Shown here: positions 12,601 to 27,600 of the stretch, piece after piece | How positions within the stretch are numbered: position 1 is the stretch's first letter | Layout: each line of letters begins with the position of its first letter | Source of the DNA: Phoronis australis | Taxonomy: Eukaryota; Animalia; Phoronida | DNA: 64,000 nt | Reading direction: 5' to 3' | Assembly (NCBI GenBank): GCA_002633005.1 | Contig: NMRA01000633.1 | Location: 37,398-101,397 of the forward strand | Made by a program: the position numbers and the translations under genes | Notes under the pieces: generated by a model | Database searches by the model: none | What the model was told of the DNA's origin: nothing | The model's input: only the letters and a program-made list of their open reading frames with translations

Positions 12601-15600
12601 GTCTGCCATGAGCTATGGAAAACACAAAACCTGACTGATCGAAAGGTATAGCATAACTTTCAGGCATCAAATATCTTAGTGTTTGAACAACACATCGTTA
12701 ATAACGGCAATAACCAAGTTGGTGACATCATGCCACTTAGTGTATGTTGGAAATTAGGTCAGCGTGCTCGGTTCCTCTACATAATGGATCATTGTAGCAG
12801 CGTTGGAAGATTGTGATGAGAGGTAACAGCCATCATAATTCTGACAGAATTAAGCAAAAAATGGTATTTTGTCTGTTTTCTTCTGGCTTGTACTGGCTGA
12901 GCTATACTGATGATAAATAAGTGAGCTTTTAATACAGTCTTTCTCCAGTATCATTCAAAAGCCTTGTGAATACCATTCTTGACGTCACATCATACGTAGA
13001 ATGTATGGGAATGTTAATGAGTATCTGTTTGCTGCTCAAAATCTGTTGGTTTGCGCAACAGTAAGATTTTGTCATGTGTTATCATCTACGTGTTTTCCAG
13101 TTTCATACTGTTTCTACTTGCTTACCCTCCTTGCAGGTTGGCAGCTACCTTACTGAGGATATTGTGTAATGACTCCCAGGTGAGGGAGGACGTCAAGCTG
13201 TATGATGGCATTCCTATAATGCTCAGGTAGGCAGACATGGACGAACTCTACGTTCCTATGACACGCTGGTAGGCCGACAATGGGGAACTGTACATGTCTA
13301 TAATGGTCAGGTAGGCAGATATTAAGGAACTGTACATTCCTGTGATGCTCTGGAAGACGGACATGCGGGAACTGTACATTCCTATTATGTTCAGGTAGGC
13401 AGACATGGGGGAACTGCTCATGCCTGTTGTGTTCAGGTAGGCAGACATGGGGGAACTGTGCATGTCTGTAATGTTCAGGTAGGCAGACATGGGTGGACTG
13501 TACATTCCCTATTTTGTTCAGGTAGGCAGAATGGGGGAACTCTACATTTTTACATGCATTCAAATACAGTGAAATAACATTGAAATGATACCATCTCAAA
13601 TGGATTTAGAGCTTAGGCCCCCTCCCACACAAACAATTTTTTTTTAAATGCCATCCGCTTGGTGCTTTCAGAGAAAATAGTGGTTGCCCAACTAGATCTG
13701 CCAGTGGCTGGGAAATGTTTATTAAAAATCAAGGACATTACAATCATGTCTTATTTGTTAGCATAATTAGTAATACGTGTGTTTGAGTTATTTTTCCTTG
13801 GTGTGTCGTATTTGTTGTGTTACAGTCGGTGCTAAACACAGTCAACAGTCTCCGCTCAAAATATGGAAGAGACTGCACATGTATGCAGATAAGGTGGCAC
13901 TGGTGCTAGTGATCCAGTTTTTAGCTTGTATTTCTACTTTTTCCCAAGCGTTTTGCAATGTTGAGTCCACGGTAGTTACGGTAATCACCAGGTGACAGTG
14001 GTTGTCAGGACATCTTGTTCTTAGCATCTTCTGCAGTGCATTGACAGTGGACAAGTTTTTGAAATTGACACTAACTAGGTCTAAAGTCTGTCTCAGCTGC
14101 CCATACTCCACAACAAATTTATTCAAAGGAACCGTTCTTTGCTTGCAGTTTTAGGGGCAAAATCTCAACCTTGTTCACATCCCCAGCTGAAGTAGCAGGT
14201 GCTTTGCATGTCACATTTTGTGCTGTTTTGCATATATGGCATGTATTCATTACCATGGCAGCAAACTTGAATCATTCAGTTATGGAATAGCACACAAAGT
14301 TGAAGTATTTCGAGGTTTTTTATTTAATCCAAAACTAGTTGTTGAATATATAAGATTAGACAAGATTTTTTTCTTGTGAAATTTGCAATCATTAGGCCTG
14401 GGCATACAATGCCTTGCAGAATTTTTTTGACAGAAAGTTTTACAATGTTATCGTTCAATTTGCAAAAGTTTGAATTGTGCAAACAAGTGGAGGGAGTTTG
14501 TGTTTATAAATACCTAGTTTGCATCTTCAATGAATTTTGAATGGCAAGTCGGTCTTGGAATTTTTGCTGGTATTTTTTCAATGTTTACTTTTCCTATTTC
14601 GAGTTGTGTACTTAGCTGCGTGTCGGTTAGAAAGCTCCAAGTTATCTTTCGCGTTGACGAGTAACCTTACAATGAACTTCAGGTCTGAGTACTTCAATTT
14701 CAAAGGTCAGGAGTGTCCAGGGTGACTCTCGGGCGCAGTAGTGAAGCGCCAATAAACGCCTACGTCCAGATTTCCAGGCTGGCCAATTTAAGCACCCAGG
14801 GTTTTATTACTGTGATTTCGAACGTTTCCTAAAATGAATTAACAGGTCAGGGAGAACACTGGGCAAGATGTCCAGGCAAAGAAACAGGGTCAACCAAAAA
14901 AGAGAAAAAGCCGGTTGGTCTCTCGATGCCTGTATGAGTGATTCAAATGAGGTTAATTTTCCGCTCATACGATTTCACTTGTTCCAGTTGTATATTCCAG
15001 CATTTACTCGCTTATGTCGAGCCCTGGTTACAATACTGTCGAGCCCTGGTTACAATACTGTCGAGCCCTGGTTACAATACTGTCGGGCCCTGGTTACAAT
15101 ACTGTCGGGCCCTGGTTACAATACTGTCGGGCCCTGGTTACAATACTGTCGGGCCCTGGTTACAATACTGTCGGGCCCTGGTTACAATACTGAAAATGCC
15201 TTTTTAAAAATCAACAGCATGTAAATATTTCAATGACTGTTTTGTGTATGATTTTATTTTTTATTCTGTTTGTTACGTCACTACTTATAGTAAACCGTTC
15301 ATTGCTTATCTGTTCTTGACAACATGTTTCTATTATTTCGTATTAAGTATACTTTGCTTTAGTTTTTTGTTCATGACCACATATTTCTAGTTGTATTAAG
15401 CATACTTTGCTATAACATGCGTTGGTGACATGTTTCTAGTATCTGTCCATTTTTCCAGCCTGCTTCACAGCGATAACATCAAACTAGTGTGGAACATTGT
15501 CTGGTGTCTGGTCCAGCTGTCACAGAATGAGGACACAAGTAACGTTATTCGCATGATGGGGGGCATTCCACTCTTACTCACCTTGTTACAGTAAGTATCT

Positions 15601-18600
15601 GACATAGAGCAGCATTTCATTAACATGTTGTACTGAACACTCATTTACACTGGACAGCCGTTATGGAGTCTATCCTGCAGGTGTTCAGTCACATCTTGCA
15701 TCAGGTGTGAACTTAAGTTATACAGTAATTGTCCCAAGCTCACGCTACACAGGCAATTTTGGTTCATAATGAATTATCGTGTGAATGATAAGCTATGATG
15801 TAAATGTGTTCTCACCAATGTTAAAGTTGCATTGACAGAGAATGAAGTTGCAGTGTGTCTGGCAATGTTTAGCTCAGACCCATAGTGTACTGTGTGTGTC
15901 TGTATTCAGCTTAGACCCACAGTGTGTGTCTGGCAATGTTCAGCTCAGACCCACAGTGTGTGTGGCTATGTTCAGCTCAGACCCACAGCGTGTGTGGCTA
16001 TGTTCAGCTTAGACCCACATCATGTTTAGCTATGTTCAACTAAGATCCAAAGGGAGTGTGTCTGGCAAGGTTCGTCATAGACCCAAAGGGCAAACCTTCG
16101 TCTTGTGTGTTTTTGGGTATTCATGTGAATAGTTGGTTTATAGGTAATAGTTTTTATTGGAATGAGAAGATTCAGGTTGCAGTGGGTACTAGACTAAAGA
16201 ATGCGACAGTAGTGATGCAACATTTTACAGGTTGAGACCTCTTAAAGGCACTGTGTAGTTATGACTGATATGACAATCAATCAAATATTGAGCATGGTGG
16301 GTCTAAGTTGTAGCATAAACTTAGTCAAGTTTGAGCTATTGGGGGCTCAAAATTTGAGTGAGGTAGCCCTGTACACTCAAAATTTGAGTGAGGTAGCCCT
16401 GTACACTCAAAATTTGAGTGAGGTAGCCCTGTACACTCAAAAAAATGTGATGAGAATCATGCTTAAAAAGAATTCATATTAAAAGTTGATATAATTTTTC
16501 ATGCAAGGTTTATCATCAATCATCTCAATTGGTGAGACCTCTTATCACTAAGAAACGGTAAATGATTCATGATGCTATCATGAATCAGGATTCTCCTGAC
16601 ATGAGTTTGTATGAGCTAAAGTGGAGTGTGATGAGAGAAATGAACAAAGTTGGTAATACTGGTGTCACATTCAAGTCGTCTAACATTCTTAATAATACTC
16701 AACAATGTTTTGACGCTTGAGACGTTGTTTGGTTCAAGTCAGCGAAGCAGTGATCACACAACAAAATAGATGCACATGGCGTTGAGCATACACAGGATGA
16801 TTTGATACATTAAACAATGATCACACAACAATATACACAGGATGATTTGATACATTAAACAATGATCACACAACAATATACACAGGATGATTTGATACAT
16901 TAAACAATGATCACACAACAATATACACAGGATGATTTGATACATTAAACAATGATCACTCAACAATATACACACAAACTTAATTATGCACAGAATGATT
17001 TAATACTTTGAACAAGTGCAAAATGTGGGACTTTGATCACTGCTTCACTTGTGTCCCTGACGACGTCTCTGGCAAGACGCAGTACAGTACTATTGTATTT
17101 TATGTGTTATTTCAGTTTGGGATTTGTATGTAATGCCAGTATTATTGACTTTGTATGTAATGTCAGTATTATTGACTTTATATGTAATGCCAGTATTATT
17201 GACTTTGTATGTAATGTCAGTATTATTGACTTTATATGTAATGCCAGTATTATTGACTTTGTATGTAATGTCAGTATTATTGACTTTGTATGTAATGCCA
17301 GTATTATTGACTTTGTATGTAATGTCAGTATTATTGACTTTGTATGTAATGCCAGTATTATTGACTTTGTATGTAATGTCAGTATTATTGACTTTGTATG
17401 TAATGTCAGTATTATTGACTTTTTATGTAATGTCTGTATTATTGACTTTGTATGTACACATAGTGTACCTAATTATCGGACGGAACCTAAATATCGGACA
17501 TTTCATAGAATCTTACTTGAAGCATAATCTGAGAATTAAATGACACCAATTTTTGTTCCGTTGTAATGCATTCAATGTCCGGCATCGTCTCGTTTTTTTA
17601 CAGCGTTGCCTCGTTTTGATTTCACCGAGAGAGGGTGCAATTTAGACCCCCAAGTCGGCCTAAAATGGACGATCGCATAAATCGGTTATAAAAGTTGAAA
17701 ATAAAATCTTTTTCCACAATGACACTATCTCATTGAAGTGACAATATGTCACTGTTCCATTTTTTCGTTTGTTTTTAAACTCAAGTCAAACCCCGACCGC
17801 GCACGTGCGGGTGTCATATCAAGAAGCCTAAGTGATACTAAAAAATGCAGTGAGTTTGCACGTGCTTTAGTCGTCTGCACTAATTCATCGAAACGACTTG
17901 GCGCCGTCATCAGATTTCATTTTATGGATAATTTTGTTGCGAATGGACCTGGGTTCTAGCAGCATATATGTCAAAACACTCGAGCTGAAATTTGGCGACA
18001 AGGTGCCCGCGGCCATTACATGGTTAGTCAGTTTTCCGCGGTGTGGCGTATGGAGAAACATGGTGTCCGATATTTAGGTTCTCCGAAGGTTTGGTTGTTG
18101 TGTTTTTTGAAGATCAGTCGGAATATAAATGTGGCTTTCAGTGACAAGATATAGTAACAGAACAATTCCGTGAAGGTAAATCTTTATTTCAGTAAAGAAT
18201 TTACAACAATCCGTAGTATTTTCAATTAAATATAATGCAAAATGTGCCAAAACGTCCGATAATTAGGTCACTTGACTGTAATGCCAGCATTATTGACTTT
18301 GTATGTAATGCCAGTATTATTGACTTTGTATGTAATGGCAGTATTATTGACTTTGTATGTAATGTCAGTATTATTGACTTTGTATGTAATGTCAGTATTA
18401 TTGACTTTGTATGTAATGCCAGTATTATTGACTTTGTATGTAATGTCAGTATTATTGACTTTGTATGTAATGTCAGTATTATTGACTTTGTTTATTTCTC
18501 TTATTACCATAAAGAGGTGTGTACTGCTTGGCGTCTGATTCACAAGTCCTTTAAGATGTAACTTAACTTTTTGTAGTTGATTTGAGACAGAACAAGCTGC

Positions 18601-21600
18601 TGTAAAATGTTGTTATTTTTCATATTTGATGACTATTCAAGTTATTTCTAACCTGAGCTTCTGTTGCTTTTTAGGGACAGAAAATTTGTTCCAGAGAGAG
18701 CCTCAGTCAGCTCCGGTCCAGCATCAGCTTCAGCTAGTGGACGAACACCAGTGTCTGCTACATTCGAGGAGGTAAATGTTTATGGATCTCTGTGAACCCT
18801 TTGATACCAGTTTGTAAATAAGTTTACTTCATGCAAGATGTTAGGTATTTTTCTTTTTTACTCATTACTAAAATCACAAATTATTATCTGGGTTATTCAA
18901 TCATCCAAAGGGTGATTCCAACCTTCCCATAGCATGGTTGAAGGTAATTTCCATCTCTAGATGGGTCATTTAGAGAATTGGGTAGTAAAAATGGTGAAAC
19001 TTGTCAGAGTTGAAATGGTGTCCCAGTCCTTCCTAAATTGGCCTGCGTCATCTTGGTTGGTGCCAAGTGGTATCCTAGCAGCAAATGAGGTCATTTTATT
19101 TGAGTTTATCACTCTATCGCTTGATTTTTATGTTTAAACCATAACTAGGAAGAGCATACTAGCTCTTTGACTTACCTGCTGTGTTATTGATTTTTGTGGA
19201 TTAGTAAGCCTGCCTTGTCACTCATGTCATGTGTTCCATGTACATTTGACTCAACTGACGGGTGCACATGACCAAGTCATTTCTTCTCACAGGATATTAT
19301 GAACCTATTCTGCCTTGAAAAAGATGCAAGCTCCAGGTCAAAGGTGAGAGGTCACATTATGACCTACCAGCCTTGTGTGGACTTGCTCTAACCCATATCT
19401 GTTAAGATGAATGCTAAGCAGCTTTTTAGTTTCTATTCTGTATTTGGTTATAGTGATCGTGTGACTAACACAAGTTTCTATTTTGTGAAGTTAACCTTCT
19501 TGTCTCTATTCATGTTGTGCTGGTTTCTGTCAAGCTGGTTAAGTTCAATCTTGCCTCCAGCTTGCCCAATGCAGAAGCACCATATTTCATTTATTACCTG
19601 TTTTACTGACACTGCAAGTCAATGACATTGTTTCAAGCTTAATTTGCAGTTCCCTGTAAGGTGCATGTTTGTTCAAAATATTTTCATGGTGACTGTTAGT
19701 TTCAGCTACTGATGGAGATGAGTTTTGCAGCTGTTCTGAATGCCCATAGTGCCATAGTGCCATAGTGCCATAGTTAAGATGTGTGCTGTGAGAAGGCTCT
19801 TTCAGTTGTGTCACATGTCCAAAACTAGCAGCATGTTAATGGTGTGTGAAATATGACATTCAAATGCACAGTTTTTGTGGAACTGATGTCTGAATGTGTT
19901 ACACACTGTTTCACATTTTGAAACAGTTTTATTACTGTCAGAGTGACAAACGGGAATCATCGATCAGTTGCGATATGAAAAAGTAATGAAATGTCCATAT
20001 TGAATGTCGGTACTTGAAACTAAAGATAATGCAATATCTTATGTCTTCTGATAGTTCCTGAATCAGATGAGCAGTTGCGCACACAAAAATACATGAATCT
20101 AACAAGTGTATCTCCCAATTAAACAATTCTATCCTCCTTAGACTGAAGAGCTGAATGAGCTGAAGCTGTCACTCAAGGCTGCCTGTTGTGCTGCACTCAC
20201 TGAACTCGTACTTAACGACACCAATGCTCACTACTTGGTACAGGCCAATGGTGTGTACTTGTTGAGTATGCTGATCCTGCCGAGAGAGGTCGCTGATAAA
20301 GACAAGCCTCATGTTGAGGCTTTACAGGTATTGTTTATTTCCTTTGGCAAGCAGCACTTCATACGATACAGTGCCTGTGCGCATATCAAGAACTTTTTAT
20401 GCAGGTTGGTATTGTCCAAATACCTGATGAATTTTACCAGATAGTTTGGACGAAGAGATTTTTGGGAAGCTGTTTAAATTCATAGACATGTTTTATGAAA
20501 CTTTGTATGTGTGAAGTAGTGCTGATCAAAGTTAATGTTAAATATGGTTGTGTTTTTATTAGTACACATGGTTGTGTTTTGGTACACATGGTTGTGTTTT
20601 AGTACACATGGTTGTGTTTTGGTACACATGGTTGTGTTTTGGTACACATGGTTTTTGTTTTGGTACACATGGTTGTGGTTTAGTACACATGGTTGTGTTT
20701 TAGTACACATGGTTGTGTTTTAGTACACATGGTTGTGTTTTGGTACACATGGTTTTTGTTTTGGTACACATGGTTGTGGTTTAGTACACATGGTTGTGTT
20801 TTAGTACACATGGTTGTGTTTTGGTACACATGGTTGTGTTTCAGTAAACATTGTTTAATGGGACGTAGTGTTGTTGTAGTACATTTATGTCATTGCTATC
20901 TTGCAGAGGAATGCATTCCGAACACTGCGCTTCTTATTCAGTATGGAACGTAATAGGCAACTGTTCAAGAGAATGTTCCCTTCAGACATGTTTGAGATGT
21001 TCATCGACATCGGCCATTATGTTCGAGATAGCAATGCCTACAGACCCCTGGTGGAGAAAATCAACAGCTTGCCTGTGAGTGTACTTTGTAAAGAACATCG
21101 TTCACTTCTGTCAGTTTTCATGTTACGTAATGCTGTGTTGGTGGTGTTTTCAAAAAGTAAAAGTAATCATTACATAAATAGGAGTTTAAGTGTGCCCACT
21201 AACGGAATTATGTTCTATCTGTTTCATGGCAACCAGAATGTTTTTTTTAATTGCACTTTATTCTCGCCATTTGATGTTTGAATTTAAGAAGCCGTTGTTT
21301 AGGATCATTATACGTGTTTAGGATCATTATACTTGTTTAGGATCATTATACTTGTTTCTATCGTCTAATAGCCGTCAAAAATTGATGAAATGCGAGACAA
21401 CATTGTTGGCGTGAATCAAAACCGTGAACCTTCCAAGTTCATCGGTGACTACGCCATCTTGGAACACCTGGGGACAGGCGCGTTTGGCTCGGTGTATAAG
21501 GTGATGAAGAAACCAGCGGGGCAGTCGTACCTGGCCATGAAGGAGGTGTGTCTTGCTTCAGTATTACACACTGTGACTGTCTGTCAACTGATAGGTCAAC

Positions 21601-24600
21601 TAGAACCGTTATTATGAAAAATATCTAATTTTTCTTCCTCAATTTGACTTTCATCAATGAAACAGAGAAGAAACTCTGCTGAAAGTGTGTACAACAGTAA
21701 TTTGCTACGGCTAGTGGGTGAAGCTGACAATGTAACCTCACTACCACCATTTAGTGAGTTGGCTAGGTTTGATTATTTATGATTTAAAAATAGATAACAA
21801 ACTCGTTCTTCCCGGCGTCTATCTAAAAACCCATAGAAGAAGCATTTTGACGCAATGCACTTCTTGACCCGTTTCGGGTCATTCCGGTTCATTTTGGGTG
21901 ACAGACATGAAATGGAACATTCTCTTGCTATATTTAGGCTAGGACTCCAAACAATAGTAAGAATGTGAGAACGTCGTTGATGGCGCGACATGATTTTAGC
22001 TTACTGTGAGTCGACATGAGAGTACTGGTTTTCCAAAATTATTTTTTATAGTCAAGTTGAGAAAGCACTCTCCAAGTTGGCGAATGGACTAAGCTCTACC
22101 ATCACCAGTGCCACCCGGAATTCTCCAGTGGGGAGCTGGCGAGCGGCTAGCGCGGGCCTAGTCTATGACATTAAATTTTGGAGTAACTAATACACAAAGG
22201 GTAAAAATATTATAGTTACATTCATTTGCTAATTATATCGCCATCAAGACCACTTCAGGCTCTGATACTTTTTTGTTGGTTTCCTTTCCAGATCAACATT
22301 CTAGCGTCGACATTGGGAAAAAATGCTAAAGAGCGTGACAAGAGTGCTGGTGACATCATCAGTGAACTAAAGATAATACAACAACAACTAAAGCATCCCA
22401 ACGTGGTGCGCTATTACAAGACGTTCGTCGAGGACGAAAAGTTGTACATTGTGATGGAGCTGATAGAGGGTGCTCCTATTGGGGAACACTTCAACTCACT
22501 GAAAGAAAAGAAGGAGAGATTTACGGAGGAGAGGGTGTGGAATATATTCATCCAGGTGAGTCGCTTGCTACTTGTGAACATCCTTTGATGGGTTTCAGAG
22601 TGGTGGCTGTATTATTTTGTTTTCAAATTTGAGTTTTGGTCTGTTCCGCAACAACAATTGGATTCATGTTGACTTCTTTGTATGTGCCAATAAACATTTT
22701 TTTCTTGCAATGGACATTGCAATTTTCATCCTATTATTGCACATCTAGCGCATTTCAAAGGAAATTATTTTCATTTTTTCGACTGTAAAATATAAATTTA
22801 AATTGTCTTACATTATTTTGTTTGCACTGATGTTGTTGGGTTTGTTGCGATTATTTCACATTCAGTTCACTGGCAATTGTGACCATGATTTAAGGAAACC
22901 GTTCCAAGATCTTGAAAGGACAAATACTGAAATAATTAAATACTAAAATAACTAATACAAATCACAGTCATGCTCCTCGCAATATGTTCTGACTGAGACT
23001 GTCAAATGTGTTATATATCAGTGCTCAATTTGGAAACCTGCAGGATTGAGCTTGGCAACATTGGAAAAATTTCAAGTCGCCAAGAAGTCACCACTGCGAG
23101 TATCAAAGTCGGACAGTAATTCCCTCTAAATTCATTTCTAAGTTAGTGTTGAATTCCAGTCATTAAATTACTAAAATAAACACCTTCATAGATTTATTGA
23201 CTTTGAATCACAATTTTTTCCTTTATTTCGTGAAAGCGTATTTGCCACCACGTTTGAATTATAGTAAACAGACAGAAGTAGGAATTGGTTGGCAAATAAT
23301 CAAGCAAGATTGGTGAAATTCTCCCATGTGGCCGTTTGTGTTCTATATGTTTGTTACTCATTGGTGGAAGGAATTGAGTTTGAGAATGAAGTGAATTGAG
23401 TTTGAGAATGAAGTGAATTGAGTTTGAGAATGAAGTGAATTGAGTTTGAGAATGAAGTGAATTGAGTTTGAGAATGAAGTGGATTTAAGTATTTGCATGG
23501 ACATTGAGTTGGTGAACTTTTACCCTGTGGAGCTATGATGGACATTGAGTTGGTGAACTGTTACCCTGTGGAGCTATGATGGACATTGAATTGGTGAACT
23601 GTTACCCTGGATAGGAAACCTTGGACTTGATTTAGGACTTAAATTTTCAGTTTTGGCGACCTGGGATTTTTGCCTGGTCGCCAAATGCGACTTGATGTTT
23701 AGCTAAGCGTTGAGCACGGTAAATACCGACTCAGATTGTTAGACATGAGTTATATATACTGGCTGAGACCATCAGACATGAGTTGCATATTCTGACTGAG
23801 ACCGTCAGACACGAGTTGTATTTACTGACTGAGACTGTCAGACATGAGTCATCTATGCTGTGTCTGTCAGCTTACACCTACATTCTGTCATCGTTTTTAA
23901 TTGGTCTATTTTAGCTGGTTCTGGCCTTGAGATATCTACACAAGGAAAAGAACATTGTCCATCGTGACCTTACTCCTAACAACATCATGTTGGGTGAAAA
24001 CGACAAAGTTACTATCAGTAAGTTAGCCACTTTTTATGGGGACTGTTGTTAGATGTATCCTGTGGATTATGGTTGGTTGGGTCTGAGGTACTGTCAGTGT
24101 ACACTGCACTGTGTGTTCACTTACCACATGACAGTCACATGTAACGTGACACACAAGTGAATGGTCATGACAGTCACATGATTGCTCTGTGTGTTCACTT
24201 ACCAGTAATGTCAGTGTACATTGCACTGTGTGTTCATTTACCAGTACTGTCAGTGTACATCAGGCAGCAGACCTTCAGTGAATGTTAGAAAAACTTTGAA
24301 TGTGCTGCATCCAGTTTAACTGAAGCTCTACTGTCTTTCTTGCCTCTCTTACTTCGAAGTCTTTCCCATGTTATGCTAATGCGGGCAACATATGAATAAC
24401 TGTCACATATTAAAAAAGAAAGCAACTTTTTCATGTTATTTTTAATAAAAATACGGTTTGTTAGTTATCCCTGCCATATTTTTCAGTAATACGTCTTCCT
24501 GTAATTTCATTACATACTCGTGCTCTGTTCCCAAAGTGATGTTTAGGGGCTTTAGAATTTTCCGACATTTTTTCTTTGTTTGAGTTTACTGTGAGGATTT

Positions 24601-27600
24601 GTTCTACTGTCATCTTGGAGAAAAACTTGACTTTACTGAAGTCCATCACTATCTTCACCGACTGAAAGGTGTTTTCAGTGAAGAGCACACCACTGGATAT
24701 GGTAAAGTGGACCTCAAGCATCACACAGACGAAGGAACAACTGTCCCACTTGGCCGAGTGTCCCGCGACGCACTCCCAATGGATGGTGACCTGAATGCCC
24801 AAACTGCTTACATCCCGCCATGTGACTCCCTCGCCACACACGTGGTACCTTCTAAATAGCTCCCAATACTTTAGTCAAGTCCACAATAAACTTATCAAAG
24901 TTTGACTTGCCACCTGTTCACTAGACAACAAATTGTCCTGACTAAGTGACAAACTAGGCCTGTATTCACTCGCCACCTGTTCACTGGACAACAAACTGTC
25001 CTGACTAAGTGACAAACTGTCCTGACTAAGTGACAAACTGTCCTGACTAAGTGACAAACTGTCCTGACTAAGTGACAAACTGTCCTGACTAAGTGACAAA
25101 CTCGACCTATGTTCACTCCCACTTCACAACATCCCTGCAGTGCTGCTTACAGACTCTGGGCTGGAGACAACATCAGCACAGGGAGAATCACTGCTAGTTC
25201 CAGTAATTGCATGCTCTGTGGGTACGTTGAGCGGCGCCGAAGACAGTAGCCTTGGTGGCTTGGTGCAAAGCTGTATACTTAATAAATTCTACTGCTTTGC
25301 ACCAATGTATGTAAAAACTAATCAAATAATATCTGACACAAAATTAGTGTGATTAAAAACTACACTCTTCCTTTCGTAAATTAAATTATTCAATTGGCGT
25401 TCTACCATTATTCTGCTGCTAAAGTTGTGGAGCGATCTTTTGAGTCAGCTTTCGGCACCATGAAGTATTGCGTCACCTGTTGGCCAGTTTCTTTTTTCCC
25501 TGATTCTTCCATCAGCTGTTCTTTTCCACGAGGTTGCGTACATGTCACAACAAATAATTGGAACTAGTTTCATTTCGTTGCAAGCTTTAAGCATTTTAAT
25601 ACCAGCAAATGGAATTTCAGACCCAATTTTGCTGCTGCGAAGCTGTCATCATCTTCCGTGAGATGTCGCAAAATTTTAGAAAACTGTCATGAGTGTACTG
25701 TTTTCAAAACGACGACAAAATTTTCTTTGTCAAAAAAAACAGAGAACCATGCAAGCAAATGTGTTTATTAGATTGTTTTTCACTTAAACGGTTGTGACGG
25801 CCATGTTTAATGATCGATTGACTCCTATACTTTACATGCTCCCTGTTGGCTCTACATGTTGATGTTTCACGATGTTGGCTCTACATGTTGATGTTTCACG
25901 ATGAGGTCTAACTGTGCTCAACACACAGTGGTACCTAGCTGTATTTTGACACTAGTCTTCATAAAGATACCTGGCTGACTAGGGTGATAATAGCTGAAGG
26001 GCCTCGAGTCACAGTAGAGGCCGCAGCCCACGAGACTTCTCGCTTCAAAAATACACTTCTCGGGGGGTGGCAACAGGGCACTGCCGGGAATCAACAGTGA
26101 TGGTATGGCACCTTTCTTCAGGTGTTGTTTTGCAGGAACTTTCACTTCTGTGTACATATCTCTTTCGTAATCTGACGACAGAAAATGCTTGCCACACATT
26201 GTGTAATTCTCCACTACTTTGTACGTTTTATGGACGGGTGGCACTGTGTTGTTCACACGAATGAGCCAAGTATGGCAGTGTGTGTCATCCATCGTAAAGC
26301 GATGTAATGTCATATCCAAAGTGTGCGCGAGACAATTGTGAGTACATCTCGGTGCAGCAACCGTGCAGCACATTGACTGACTCGTAAACAAACGCAAACC
26401 TCTACCGAACTTACCACAACCCAAGTAAAACAATGCCCGACTTGACAGCTCACACAGTCAGTCTATATGAAAATAAAATAGCGGGAAATACTATTTGGTA
26501 CAATGGGGTCAACAGGTTTGTACTGTACCTTTAACATCCATGCAGTGCTAAGTAGGTCTAGCTATTACTTTAAATGGAATTTTCCAATCAGTGAACTTCA
26601 TTCTCCCTACAGTGTCATCATGTATAATTAGTAACGCTAACCGGCCATATCCTATTTTAACAAACAAATGGTTTCAACCCAAAAACACGAAGTCAAACTA
26701 TGGTTCTCCTAGATAGCGCTGCATGGGGTTTTAAGCGTTTAATTACAACTGTAATCCCTCAATACTTTTATTATTTCCATAACGTGTGTCATAAATTGTA
26801 GCTATCATATTGTGGAGTTATTACCTCGCTCAACTAACAGCTGAATCAATGCCCATATTACAGCTGAATCATACGGGTATAATGTCGACTTAGTTACGGG
26901 TATAATGTCGACTTTCAATGCCCATATTACAGCTGATTTTGGCTTGGCCAAGATCAAACAGCCAGACACAAGTAAGATGACCTCTGTTGTTGGCACTATC
27001 CTCTACTGTTGTCCAGAGATCGTACAGAGTCAGCCATATTCAGACAAGTCAGATATCTGGGCCATCGGCTGTATACTCTATCAGATGTGTACACTAAAGC
27101 CTCCCTTCTACAGCTCAAACATGCTTACCCTAGCCAAAACTGTAAGTGAAGTGCACACAATATTGTGCTAGTTATGATAAGGGAGTGGTTTGTTGACTTA
27201 TAACTGTATGTCAAGTGGGGAGAATGTTGTGCTAGTTGTGACAAGGCAGTGGTTTGTCGAGTCATATCTGTCTTGTCGAGTCTAACATTTTGTTATATTT
27301 TTTGCCAATTATTTTGTAATCAATTTATTCATATTTAGTGCCAATCTCTACAAAAAGTTGATTAATTGGAATTTGTGCTTATTAGTCGGGGTACACTTTA
27401 CAAATGCTGTATTAGCAAGACTACACAATACATGGTTGAGAATCACTGGTTCTCACTGCCCTGATTACAAATACAGAATGGTCAGTTCTCATTGGTGTCA
27501 TTACAAAGCTGTGTTTCTGTACTTGTGAGCACCAGTTGTAAAGTTTGATGTTCATCTACTAGTTGTTTGTGCTACACTTACAGATTGTTGAAGCCAAATA

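Noticed and set aside
13150-13599. 149-aa minus-strand ORF with (HVCLPEH..) repeats resembling a metal-binding protein
   Set aside because: Antisense reading of the 42-bp exon 8 donor array.
17033-18561. Repetitive ORFs (SIIDFVCNV)n and (MSVLLTLYV)n
   Set aside because: A 27-bp minisatellite inside a NEK10 intron; no splice or homology support.
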